This document shows positions 52,130-60,039 of a stretch of DNA of 64,000 nucleotides, one piece after another. The position numbers and the translations under genes were made by a program. The DNA comes from Nitrospirota bacterium (GTDB taxonomy: Bacteria > Nitrospirota > JACRHJ01), in NCBI GenBank assembly GCA_049801375.1, contig JBARKJ010000046.1:3204-67203 (forward strand), written 5' to 3'. Below the pieces are notes generated by a model. That model was given only the letters and a program-made list of their open reading frames with translations, ran no database searches and had not been told where the DNA came from. Positions within the stretch are counted from its first letter, which is position 1, and each line of letters opens with the position of its first letter.

Positions 52130-53529
52130 TTCTTAAGCTCCGCGATCTTGTCCTCTACCAGCTTCTTGAACGGGGCGGGGGTAACCCTCTGCCATGCGGC
52201 GTAAATATCGTCCAGGCTCACTTTCCCGCCGTTTACATTTACCTCCGCGGACACTTTTTTCCCGGCGGTCGAACGGAAAATCGCGGGTACGAAATCAATG
52301 AGTTTTTTATGAGCCGTCTGCGCTTCGGAGTCCCATTCGCCCGCCGTCGGCTCCGGCTCTTCCCGGTAAATCTCGCCGGAAACGAGCGACTCCAAAAGCG
52401 CCTCGTACCTCCCTGCAACCTCCCCCGTCAGCGCCTTGTCCACCGTAAGCGCCCTCTTGGCGATCAGGGCGCAGTACCCGCACTCTTCGCAGTCACTCGT
52501 CGCGCAGTCCTTGGTCTTGAAGAAGCTTAAGAAGTTTGACGGGACCTTCGAGTTATCCAGGACCAGGCCTTCCGTCACCGGGTAATCCGTGATATCCGCG
52601 AACTCCATCAATTTAGACGTATTTATATATTCATCCCTCAGGAGATACTTTACATTCGCGGGCAGGAACGCCTTCTTGCGGGGAAGGTTCAGAAGCTCCA
52701 CGAGGTTCCCGTCAAACCGCCTGTCGGTATATGCCTTCAGGTACGACAGCAGCGTCTCGGTGGTCTTGTAACGGTCTATGATCTTAAGGCAATCAATGCC
52801 TATCATCTCGTAATCTTCCACGTCCTCGGGGCGTATCCAGCGTATCTTTATCAACTCCGCCGGGTTTTTTATCTTGTCCTTCGTGCAGGAGAAATAGCAG
52901 TGGTCAACAAGGAAGCCTTCGGAGGAATGATTACCCTGGGAGCCGTGTGTCATGACGTTCGCGTGGTAGAAAGAGCGCGGACATCCGTACAGGCAGCCGG
53001 GGTTGGCGATAAGGATAAGCTTGCACTTTACCGCTTTCCGGATGGCCTCCAGGGTTTTAAAATCACGGTTTATCTCCTCGGACAGCACGATAGCGTCCGC
53101 GCCCATCTCCTCCCAGTACTGGGCCTTCCGTACGCTCTCCACCCGCGCCCAGGAAGATACTACGGCTTTCAGGGCCGGATAATGTTTTTTGATTATCTGG
53201 AAGAGGTAGGGTATTGTGACCGTCACCCAGTCCGCGGAGGTCGCCTGCACCCATTCGACATGACGGAGTATCTTTTCGAACTCGTCTTTTCTGTACTCCC
53301 TGTTATCGAGACAGGAGGCATTCAGCAGGAAGTTGAAAGAATGCCCTGCTTCGCGTGCGGCTGCGATATATTTTTCGGCGTCGGCTTCCGTCACTTCCGG
53401 GGCGACGAAAGACGCCCTGCCCCCCGCGATAAGGCTTCCGGGGATGCCGCCGAACAGCTCCACCTTCGGGGAGCCTTCCAGCCCTTCAAGGAGCGCGGGA
53501 TCCCAATTACATGCCAGTTCGAATTTCAT
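52123..53529 (-). CDS. Cys-rich protein of unknown function (468 aa), putative Fe-S or metal enzyme
   Basis: Motifs GCLYGC, HCYFSC and DCATSDCEECGYC; GADAIVLSEE TIM-barrel-like stretch. No confident family assignment from sequence alone. Confidence 0.35.
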   Translation of the reverse strand: MKFELACNWDPALLEGLEGSPKVELFGGIPGSLIAGGRASFVAPEVTEADAEKYIAAAREAGHSFNFLLNASCLDNREYRKDEFEKILRHVEWVQATSADWVTVTIPYLFQIIKKHYPALKAVVSSWARVESVRKAQYWEEMGADAIVLSEEINRDFKTLEAIRKAVKCKLILIANPGCLYGCPRSFYHANVMTHGSQGNHSSEGFLVDHCYFSCTKDKIKNPAELIKIRWIRPEDVEDYEMIGIDCLKIIDRYKTTETLLSYLKAYTDRRFDGNLVELLNLPRKKAFLPANVKYLLRDEYINTSKLMEFADITDYPVTEGLVLDNSKVPSNFLSFFKTKDCATSDCEECGYCALIAKRALTVDKALTGEVAGRYEALLESLVSGEIYREEPEPTAGEWDSEAQTAHKKLIDFVPAIFRSTAGKKVSAEVNVNGGKVSLDDIYAAWQRVTPAPFKKLVEDKIAELKNC

Positions 53530-54086
53530 GCGGCCCCTTCCCTTCCAGCCTCAAGTCTGCCGATTATCCCTTCCAGAAACTTTATCTCCGCCTCCGAGTG
53601 CGCGAGGTAATGCGCGGGTATGAAAAGCATATGCTCCGGCGCGCCCTTCGATGCCAGTTCGTCTTTAAACCGCTCCGCTTCGGCGTGATACTCCTTAAGC
53701 CGCACCCGGAGTTCCCGGAGTTGAACAAGGAACTGCCCCGCATCCGATTCCCGGAGAAAATAGAAGGATATATCAAGCGCCAGGTGCGGACGCTCGAAGT
53801 TCGTTATGTTCTCCTGAAGGAGGCTGTCGAAGGTGCGGACGCCCTCGTCCGTGATATGGTAAATCTGCTTTTCGGGGTGCGCGGTGTCCTTGAGGACGCT
53901 CTTGGTCACAAGGCCGCGTTTTTCCAGGATTTTGAGGTTATGGTAGAGCGAGCCGGAGGTGATGGGCGCGACATGGACGAGTTCCTCGTCCACAAGCTGC
54001 TTTATCTCGTAGCCGTACATCGGCTTCCTCTTCAGAAGTCCAAGAAGAAGCACCTCTTTCGACATCGTGGTATTAAAGCCTGCCAC
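53526..54086 (-). CDS. PadR-family transcriptional regulator (head of the co-directional cluster)
   Basis: LLLGLLKRKPMYGYEIKQLVDEELVHVAPITSGSLYHNLKILEKRGLV is the PadR winged-HTH. An alternative start is Met8 at 54065. ATGA overlap with the next gene. Confidence 0.8.
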   Translation of the reverse strand: MAGFNTTMSKEVLLLGLLKRKPMYGYEIKQLVDEELVHVAPITSGSLYHNLKILEKRGLVTKSVLKDTAHPEKQIYHITDEGVRTFDSLLQENITNFERPHLALDISFYFLRESDAGQFLVQLRELRVRLKEYHAEAERFKDELASKGAPEHMLFIPAHYLAHSEAEIKFLEGIIGRLEAGREGAA

Positions 54087-54123
54087 GCCATCCCCCTTTT
54101 CGCGCTATTACGGCTTAAAATAG

Positions 54124-54133
54124 TTTACGTAAA
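54124..54133. promoter_or_regulatory. Perfect 10-bp palindrome TTTACGTAAA between the -10 element and the PadR start; candidate PadR operator
   Basis: Self-complementary. Positioned ~12 nt downstream of the predicted -10, where a repressor would occlude RNA polymerase. Confidence 0.35.
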
Positions 54134-54144
54134 ATAGCTTGCGT

Positions 54145-54174
54145 ATAATAGCAGGAGAAAACCTGGAATGTCAA
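54145..54174 (-). promoter_or_regulatory. Putative sigma70 promoter of the PadR-headed operon (-35 TTGACA at 54174-54169, 18-nt spacer, -10 TATTAT at 54150-54145)
   Basis: Consensus-like hexamers read on the minus strand, in the 104-nt gap between the S2P stop and the PadR start. Confidence 0.4.
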
Positions 54175-54190
54175 GAGAAAGAGAGAAAAA

Positions 54191-55042
54191 TCAAGGCGTG
54201 ATGACGATAGGCACGGGCGTGAACGTGACTATGAAAATCAGGAGGGAAAAAATTCCAACAGCTCTCCTTTTCCAGTCCAGCGGCTCATAAGGGTTCTCGA
54301 CCGGCGGATGCTTCGTGCCCAGGAACAGGAGCAGGACGCCCCAGATAAACCAGCCGGGAAATCCAAGACCCATTACAATGAGGGCGCCGACGAAGATGTT
54401 GGATATGATCCTGTGCCGCTTGGTGAAGAAGGCGTAGGAGACATGGCCGCCGTCCAACTGGCCGACGGGCATCAGGTTTATAGACGTTACAAAAAGCCCC
54501 ACCCATCCCGCCACCGCTACCGGGTTCAGGTCCACCGCATGGTTGTGAATATCGCCCTTGAGGAATATGCTCATCAGAAATCTATAGATCAAAGAGCCGC
54601 CAAGGACCGTCTGGCCAGAAGCCGGAGGATGCGCCGGGACAATATGGGACATGGAAAGTCCAATAGAGCAGACGATTACCGACAGGATGAAACCGACGAT
54701 GGGGCCGGATGCCCCAATGTCTATGAGAGCGGACTTGTCCCGTATACGCGATTTCATCTTTATTACTGCGCCAAGCGTCCCGAAGAGGTTCGGGAATGGG
54801 ATGAAATACGGGAGCGTCGCAATGACTTTGTGCCGGCGAGAGTTCACGTAGTGCGCCATCTCGTGCCCGCCGAGTATAAGCATCAGCGGCATGGCGAACG
54901 GGACTCCTACCGCCAGCCCGTGGAGCAGGTGTTTCGGGAATTCGCTTAAGAGGTTGTATTCAGAGATGAAATACGAGCCTGCGATCAGCGTCGAGAAGAC
55001 CGTCATGACAAAAAGGAGCAGGTGTATTTTAATATCGCGCAT
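54191..55042 (-). CDS. Site-2 protease family zinc metalloprotease (peptidase M50)
   Basis: 283 aa. Multiple TM helices; HEMAHY (HExxH) and a later LDGG motif. Confidence 0.8.
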   Translation of the reverse strand: MRDIKIHLLLFVMTVFSTLIAGSYFISEYNLLSEFPKHLLHGLAVGVPFAMPLMLILGGHEMAHYVNSRRHKVIATLPYFIPFPNLFGTLGAVIKMKSRIRDKSALIDIGASGPIVGFILSVIVCSIGLSMSHIVPAHPPASGQTVLGGSLIYRFLMSIFLKGDIHNHAVDLNPVAVAGWVGLFVTSINLMPVGQLDGGHVSYAFFTKRHRIISNIFVGALIVMGLGFPGWFIWGVLLLFLGTKHPPVENPYEPLDWKRRAVGIFSLLIFIVTFTPVPIVITP

Positions 55043-55060
55043 AAAATGTTATACTATCCC

Positions 55061-55516
55061 ATGCCTCTTCACATCGTACTATATCAGCCCGAAATCGCAG
55101 GAAATACCGGGAACATCGCCAGGCTATCCGCCGCCGCGGACTGCTATCTCCACTTGGTCGGGCCGCTTGGGTTCTCTCTCTCGGACCGCTACTTAAAACG
55201 CGCCGGGCTGGACTACTGGCCGCACGTGAAGCTCACCGTGCACGACTCGCTTGACGACGTTTACCAGGGGCTTCCCGACTCCCGCTTCTTCTATTTAAGC
55301 ACCAAGGTAACGATGCCTTATACGCAAGCGAAATATAAAGACGGCGATGCTTTGGTTTTCGGCCCGGAGACCAGGGGTCTGCCGGAAGAACTGCTAAAAA
55401 CACATGCCGAGTCCTCACTGACCATCCCTATGTTCGGGGAAGTCAGGAGCCTGAACCTCTCCACGTGCGTGGGGATAGTGGTCTATGAGGCGCTCAGGCA
55501 GGTAAAGAAATTCTAA
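55061..55516 (+). CDS. trmL: tRNA (cytidine/uridine-34 2'-O)-methyltransferase (SpoU/TrmH family)
   Basis: The track ORF starts at 55022 (GTG). Met14 (MPLHIVLYQPEIAGNTGNIARLSAA) matches the TrmL N-terminus [22 protein letters not shown]. SPOUT knot motifs follow. Confidence 0.8.
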   Translation: MPLHIVLYQPEIAGNTGNIARLSAAADCYLHLVGPLGFSLSDRYLKRAGLDYWPHVKLTVHDSLDDVYQGLPDSRFFYLSTKVTMPYTQAKYKDGDALVFGPETRGLPEELLKTHAESSLTIPMFGEVRSLNLSTCVGIVVYEALRQVKKF

Positions 55517-56051
55517 ACCGGCGCGATTCTTCACTACGCTCAGGATGACAAGCCGGGAGCACCCCTTCCAGTTGAAGAAGCCTTTTCTTAAGCTCTATCC
55601 CGCCGCCGAACCCGCCTATGCCGCCCGAGGACTCGATAATCCGATGACAGGGTACGATTACGGGGATTTTATTGCCATTCAGCGCATTTCCGACGGCTCT
55701 CGCGGCGTTCGGGTTCCCGGCCTGAGCTGCGAGCCACTTATACGAGCGGACGTTCCCGTAGGGGATTTTCAGGAGTTCCCGCCAGACGGTCTTTTGAAAA
55801 TCCGTCCCGCGCAGGTCCAGTTTCTGGGTGAAGGATACCGGCTCGCCCGCAAAATATGATTTCAACTCACGCGAGAGCGTCTGGAACAGCCTCCCGTCTT
55901 CGACAGGCTTCATGCCGAAATACGCCTCCATCTCCTCAATGAACTCGCCGAAGGACGGCGGATTCAAGTCCAGTTTACAAAGACCGTCCTTGGTGGCCGC
56001 CGCGAAAGCGGGGCCGGTGGGAAGGTCTATCGAGACGTAATACAGGTTCAT
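55494..56051 (-). CDS. ogt: Methylated-DNA-protein-cysteine methyltransferase
   Basis: 185 aa. PCHRII active site (PCHR[VI]), preceded by the N-terminal domain. Confidence 0.8.
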   Translation of the reverse strand: MNLYYVSIDLPTGPAFAAATKDGLCKLDLNPPSFGEFIEEMEAYFGMKPVEDGRLFQTLSRELKSYFAGEPVSFTQKLDLRGTDFQKTVWRELLKIPYGNVRSYKWLAAQAGNPNAARAVGNALNGNKIPVIVPCHRIIESSGGIGGFGGGIELKKRLLQLEGVLPACHPERSEESRRFRISLPA

Positions 56052-56680
56052 GCGGCCCTCTTGAATACGTGCGTCTTCCCCTTATACAGTTTTTTGAATT
56101 TCTCCGCATCGTCCTCGGTGCCTACAATCGACGCATAATGCATCGGCACCGCGACCTCCGGATTTATGTCCTCCGCGGCCTTTGCGGCCTCCTCCGCCGT
56201 CATTACATATGTCCCGGATACCGGCAGAAGCGCGATGTCGCACCGGAAGTTTTTCATCTCCGGGATGCGGTCGGTATCGCCCGCCAGATATATCCTCTTC
56301 CCTTCCACGGTGAATATATACCCGACCCAACTTTGGAACTTGGGATGGAACTGTTTGTTGGTGTTGTACGAAGGCACGGCCTCTATATCCACGCCCATCT
56401 CCGTCAGCCTATCGCCCGGTTTGACAGTCCGGACGTTTCCCGTAAGTTTTCCTTCGCAGTCCCCCGGCGCGACGATTATCGTGCCGTCCTTCGCTATCTT
56501 CTTGACGTCGTCCGGCGAGCAGTGGTCGTAGTGTTCATGCGTAATGAGGATAAGGTCCGCCTTCGGCAGTCCCTCCTTGAGTTGGAACGGGTCCGTATAT
56601 ATAACCTTGCCGCCCGACTCTATCTTGAAAGTGTCGTGGCCCAGCCATTTCATCCGGTCAAGCATCTTAACCTCCAGCAA
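56048..56680 (-). CDS. MBL-fold metallo-hydrolase
   Basis: 210 aa. LILITHEHYDHCSPDD (HxHxDH motif). Confidence 0.75.
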   Translation of the reverse strand: MLEVKMLDRMKWLGHDTFKIESGGKVIYTDPFQLKEGLPKADLILITHEHYDHCSPDDVKKIAKDGTIIVAPGDCEGKLTGNVRTVKPGDRLTEMGVDIEAVPSYNTNKQFHPKFQSWVGYIFTVEGKRIYLAGDTDRIPEMKNFRCDIALLPVSGTYVMTAEEAAKAAEDINPEVAVPMHYASIVGTEDDAEKFKKLYKGKTHVFKRAA

Positions 56681-56801
56681 CGCCTTCTATGCCCTCTTCT
56701 TAAGGTTAATAGAGTGATTAGCGTTATGAAATCATTATATCCCGGCGCAATAAATTACGCCCTAAATTAAAATGTACCACCCTGTAATTGCCGTGTCAAA
56801 A

Positions 56802-57041
56802 TCACCTTCCGCCGCCGCGTTTATGGCACGTAAAACACATTTCCTTAGGCGGGTGGTCATGCTTTAACGGGCTGACCTTACCCGGCGCGTGACAGTCCAG
56901 GCAGGCGCGCTGGTCGGTAATTTTTACATGCGCCGCGTCCTGCGGTATCGCCGGAGCCTTTCTGCCTATTGTGCTTAAGTAAACCAGAAAAAGGACTATA
57001 GCTATTACGACGGCGGGAAAAAATATGTCCCTCGGCTTCAT
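56802..57041 (-). CDS. Small membrane-anchored di-heme c-type cytochrome (~79 aa)
   Basis: The start was set at Met27 (MKPRDIFFPAVVIAIVLFLVYL TM anchor). Two CxxCH motifs (CLDCH, CFTCH). Confidence 0.45.
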   Translation of the reverse strand: MKPRDIFFPAVVIAIVLFLVYLSTIGRKAPAIPQDAAHVKITDQRACLDCHAPGKVSPLKHDHPPKEMCFTCHKRGGGR

Positions 57042-57054
57042 AAGACTCCCTTCA

Positions 57055-57837
57055 TTACTTGATAAGCCTTCTCCGTATGAATTTAATCGCGGTCCAGGAG
57101 CAGATGAAAGTGAAGACAATCATCCAGAGGATGTCCCAGACCAGACCAATGTACAGATGCCCGGTTGAAAGCGCGCGCGATACGTTCACCGCGTGTATCA
57201 GCGGGGTAAACCATGCGATTTTCAGGACCCACGGCGGCAAGGTCGAGAGCGGGAAGAATATGCCGGAGAAGAAGAACATCGGCGATATTACGAGGCTGAA
57301 GTAATACGCGTAATAATCATATGACGGGACGAACGCGGTAACGATAAGCGCCATAGATGCGAACATCAGGCTCATGAGGATATAGAGCACGGGCGATAGG
57401 ATAAGCCAGGGAGAGCTCATCAGGCCGAAGGCCATAAGTACCGGGAGCATCACGGCCGCGGAGATAAAACCCTTCGTCGCGCCCCAGAGTATGTCGCCCG
57501 CCGCGACTTCGTCGATGTTTACCGGGGTCACTATGATGGCGTCATAGGATTTTTGCGTGCTCATCCTCGTGAAGGAGCCGAAGGTACATTCGAAAGACGC
57601 CGCGTTCATCGCCGCCGCAATTACAAGACCAGGCGCTATGAACTGTATATACGGGACGCCCTCGACGTTCCTGATGAACTTGCCCAGCCCCAGGCCAAAA
57701 GCGACCAGGAATAAAATCGGTTCCGCGAGGTTGCCGACCATGCTGGCCTTGTAGAACTTGAGCCAGGCGTCCTTATTCCTTTGCCAGACCTTGAACGCGC
57801 GGCGTCCGACCTGAGGGGGCGATAAAAAATCAATCAT
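57055..57837 (-). CDS. ABC-2 family transporter permease
   Basis: 260 aa, six TM helices, NodJ/ABC-2-like. Confidence 0.75.
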   Translation of the reverse strand: MIDFLSPPQVGRRAFKVWQRNKDAWLKFYKASMVGNLAEPILFLVAFGLGLGKFIRNVEGVPYIQFIAPGLVIAAAMNAASFECTFGSFTRMSTQKSYDAIIVTPVNIDEVAAGDILWGATKGFISAAVMLPVLMAFGLMSSPWLILSPVLYILMSLMFASMALIVTAFVPSYDYYAYYFSLVISPMFFFSGIFFPLSTLPPWVLKIAWFTPLIHAVNVSRALSTGHLYIGLVWDILWMIVFTFICSWTAIKFIRRRLIK

Positions 57838-58754
57838 TCCCGGAGCTCCCTCCCGGTAAGCTTTAGAAAAACGTCCTCAAGCGTTGCCTGCCTGTGCACG
57901 AACCCGCCTTTAACAAACTTTGTAAGCCTGGCAAGGACCTCATCACTTTTCGCGCTTTTGATAAAGAGGGTGTCTCCCGATATTTCATATTCGTAATCCG
58001 CGCCTGACAGGGCTTTCAACACCTCTTCCGCGCCACTACTCGGTATTGGCAACTCGACCACGCTTCCCTTCGCGTATGTATCTATCAGCTCCGCGGGCGT
58101 TCCGAGCGCGAGGATTTTCCCCTGGTCCATCACCACAATCCTGTCGCACAGATGCGCCGCCTCTTCCATATAGTGAGTCGTCAGGACCATCGTCCGCCCC
58201 TCGCGCTTCAATGCCCGTAGCTTCTGCCATATCAAGTGCCTCGCCTGCGGGTCAAGCCCGGTTGTCGGCTCATCCAGCATTATAAGGTCCGATTCGTTTA
58301 TCAAAGCGCGCGCGACCATCAGCCGTCTTTTCATCCCGCCGGAGAGCTTAGTTATTTTCTCGTCCTTTTTATCCGAAAGCGACATCATCTCAAGCAGGGA
58401 CTCCGCTCGCCTCTGGGCCTCCGCCTTCGGGATGTCGAAGTACCTCGCATAGACCCGAAGGTTCTCTATGACCGAGAGGTCGGGGTCCAGGTTATTCTCC
58501 TGCGGGACAACCCCAAGCCGGGCCTTTATCTTCCTCTCGTTCCCCCGGACGTCCATTCCGAAAATCCTGAGCGTGCCGCCGGTGATGGTCACGTAGCCCT
58601 GGACCATGTTCATGGTGGTAGTCTTGCCCGCGCCGTTCGGCCCCAGGAAACCGAAACACTCGGCCCGCTCCACGGTGAAGTCTATGTGCTTTACGGCGGG
58701 GTATCCGGAGTATTCCTTGTACAGTCCCCGCGCTTCTATTATGTTTTCAGGCAT
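57834..58754 (-). CDS. ABC transporter ATP-binding protein (NodI/DrrA-like)
   Basis: Walker A GPNGAGKTT, signature LSGGMKRRL, Walker B IMLDEPTTGLD. Confidence 0.85.
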   Translation of the reverse strand: MPENIIEARGLYKEYSGYPAVKHIDFTVERAECFGFLGPNGAGKTTTMNMVQGYVTITGGTLRIFGMDVRGNERKIKARLGVVPQENNLDPDLSVIENLRVYARYFDIPKAEAQRRAESLLEMMSLSDKKDEKITKLSGGMKRRLMVARALINESDLIMLDEPTTGLDPQARHLIWQKLRALKREGRTMVLTTHYMEEAAHLCDRIVVMDQGKILALGTPAELIDTYAKGSVVELPIPSSGAEEVLKALSGADYEYEISGDTLFIKSAKSDEVLARLTKFVKGGFVHRQATLEDVFLKLTGRELRE

Positions 58755-58761
58755 AAATTTG

Positions 58762-60021
58762 CTAAAATCCCCTCAGCCTCACAGCCTTCGAAACTTTCTC
58801 AATAGCTATGGCATATGCCGCCGTCCGCATAGTGACTTTATTCTGCTCGGATACTTTTTTTACCAGCTCATATGCGTCCAGCATCATCTTCGAGAGCTTC
58901 CTGTTCACCCGTTCTTCTTCCCAGAATGCGGACTGGAGGTCCTGCGCCCACTCGAAATAGGATACCAGCACTCCGCCCGCGTTAGCAAGGATGTCCGGCA
59001 CCACATACACGCCTTTCCCATCGAGGATATTATCGGCCTCGGGAGAGGTAGGTATGTTCGCGGCCTCAATAAGCATGGAGCATTTAAGCCTGTCCGCGTT
59101 GTGCTCCATTATCACGCACTCCAGCGCCGCGGGTATCAGCGCTTCGCAGGGAAGTTCCAGAAGCTCTTCATTCGTGATATAGTCCGCGCCGACGTAACCC
59201 TTAAGAGAGCCGGTCTCCTCTTTGTGCATCGTGACGCGGGAGATGTTAAGACCCCCTTCGTTGTAAAGGCCTCCCCTGCTGTCCGATATCGCGATGACCT
59301 TGCATCCTTCGTCCGCAAGTAATTTTGCGGATGTTCCGCCGACGTTGCCCATCCCCTGCACGACAACTCTCGCGCCCTGGATTTCGATTTTTTTGTCCTT
59401 GAACGCCCGCTTCGTCAGGTACATCACGCCCCTGCCCGTGGCCTCCATGCGTCCTTCCGAGCCGCCAAGCTCCACCGGCTTGCCCGTCACCGCCGCCGGA
59501 GAATAACCGTGCCTTTTTGAATATTCGTCCATTATCCAGGCCATCACCTGGGGGTTGGTGTTCACGTCGGGCGCGGGGATATCGACGTTCGGGCCGATGC
59601 TGTCGCTTATCCTGGTGACGAAGAACCGTGTAAGCCTCTCCAACTCTCCCGGGGACAACACCTTGGGGTTGCACGTCACGCCTCCCTTCGCGCCGCCGAA
59701 CGGGATACCTATAAGCGCGGTCTTCCAAGTCATCGCCGCCGCCAGCGCCCTTATCTCCCCGAGGTTCACCTGCGGGTGATATCTTATGCCGCCCTTCATC
59801 GGGCCGCGCGTCTGGTTGTGCTGGACCCGGTATCCCACGAATATCTCCACCCGCCCGTCGTCCATCTTCAGCGGTATCTGGACCTTTATCTCGCGGAACG
59901 GGACTTTAAGAAAGGTCCTCATCTCGTTGTCCAGGTTTATCTTCTGTGCCGCGATATCGACGTTGTGGTTCAGGATCCTCTCGGTCTCGGACCGTTCCCA
60001 CGCCTCTTCGACAATCCCCAT
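58762..60021 (-). CDS. gdhA: Glutamate dehydrogenase (Glu/Leu/Phe/Val dehydrogenase family)
   Basis: 419 aa. GGAKGGVTCNP (catalytic Lys region), GMGNVGG dinucleotide fold. Confidence 0.9.
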   Translation of the reverse strand: MGIVEEAWERSETERILNHNVDIAAQKINLDNEMRTFLKVPFREIKVQIPLKMDDGRVEIFVGYRVQHNQTRGPMKGGIRYHPQVNLGEIRALAAAMTWKTALIGIPFGGAKGGVTCNPKVLSPGELERLTRFFVTRISDSIGPNVDIPAPDVNTNPQVMAWIMDEYSKRHGYSPAAVTGKPVELGGSEGRMEATGRGVMYLTKRAFKDKKIEIQGARVVVQGMGNVGGTSAKLLADEGCKVIAISDSRGGLYNEGGLNISRVTMHKEETGSLKGYVGADYITNEELLELPCEALIPAALECVIMEHNADRLKCSMLIEAANIPTSPEADNILDGKGVYVVPDILANAGGVLVSYFEWAQDLQSAFWEEERVNRKLSKMMLDAYELVKKVSEQNKVTMRTAAYAIAIEKVSKAVRLRGF

Positions 60022-60039
60022 GTCTCCTCCGGCTGACTT

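Noticed and set aside
52123-53529. Assignment of the 468-aa Cys-rich protein to the U32 peptidase / UbiU-UbiV-type O2-independent hydroxylase family
   Set aside because: Only a vague N-terminal resemblance (ELACNWDPALLEGL versus ELLxPAGNLxxLKAA) and a C-x-x-G-C stretch. The U32 PROSITE signature E-x-F-x2-G-[SA]-[LIVM]-C-x4-G-x-C is not present. This is left as an unknown Cys-rich protein, although an anaerobic hydroxylase role would fit the cluster.
57055-58754. ABC-2 permease + ATPase as the Wzm/Wzt O-antigen exporter partner of the glycan locus
   Set aside because: The pair is ~50 kb from the glycan genes, and the ATPase lacks a C-terminal carbohydrate-binding extension. It has generic NodIJ/DrrAB-like features only.
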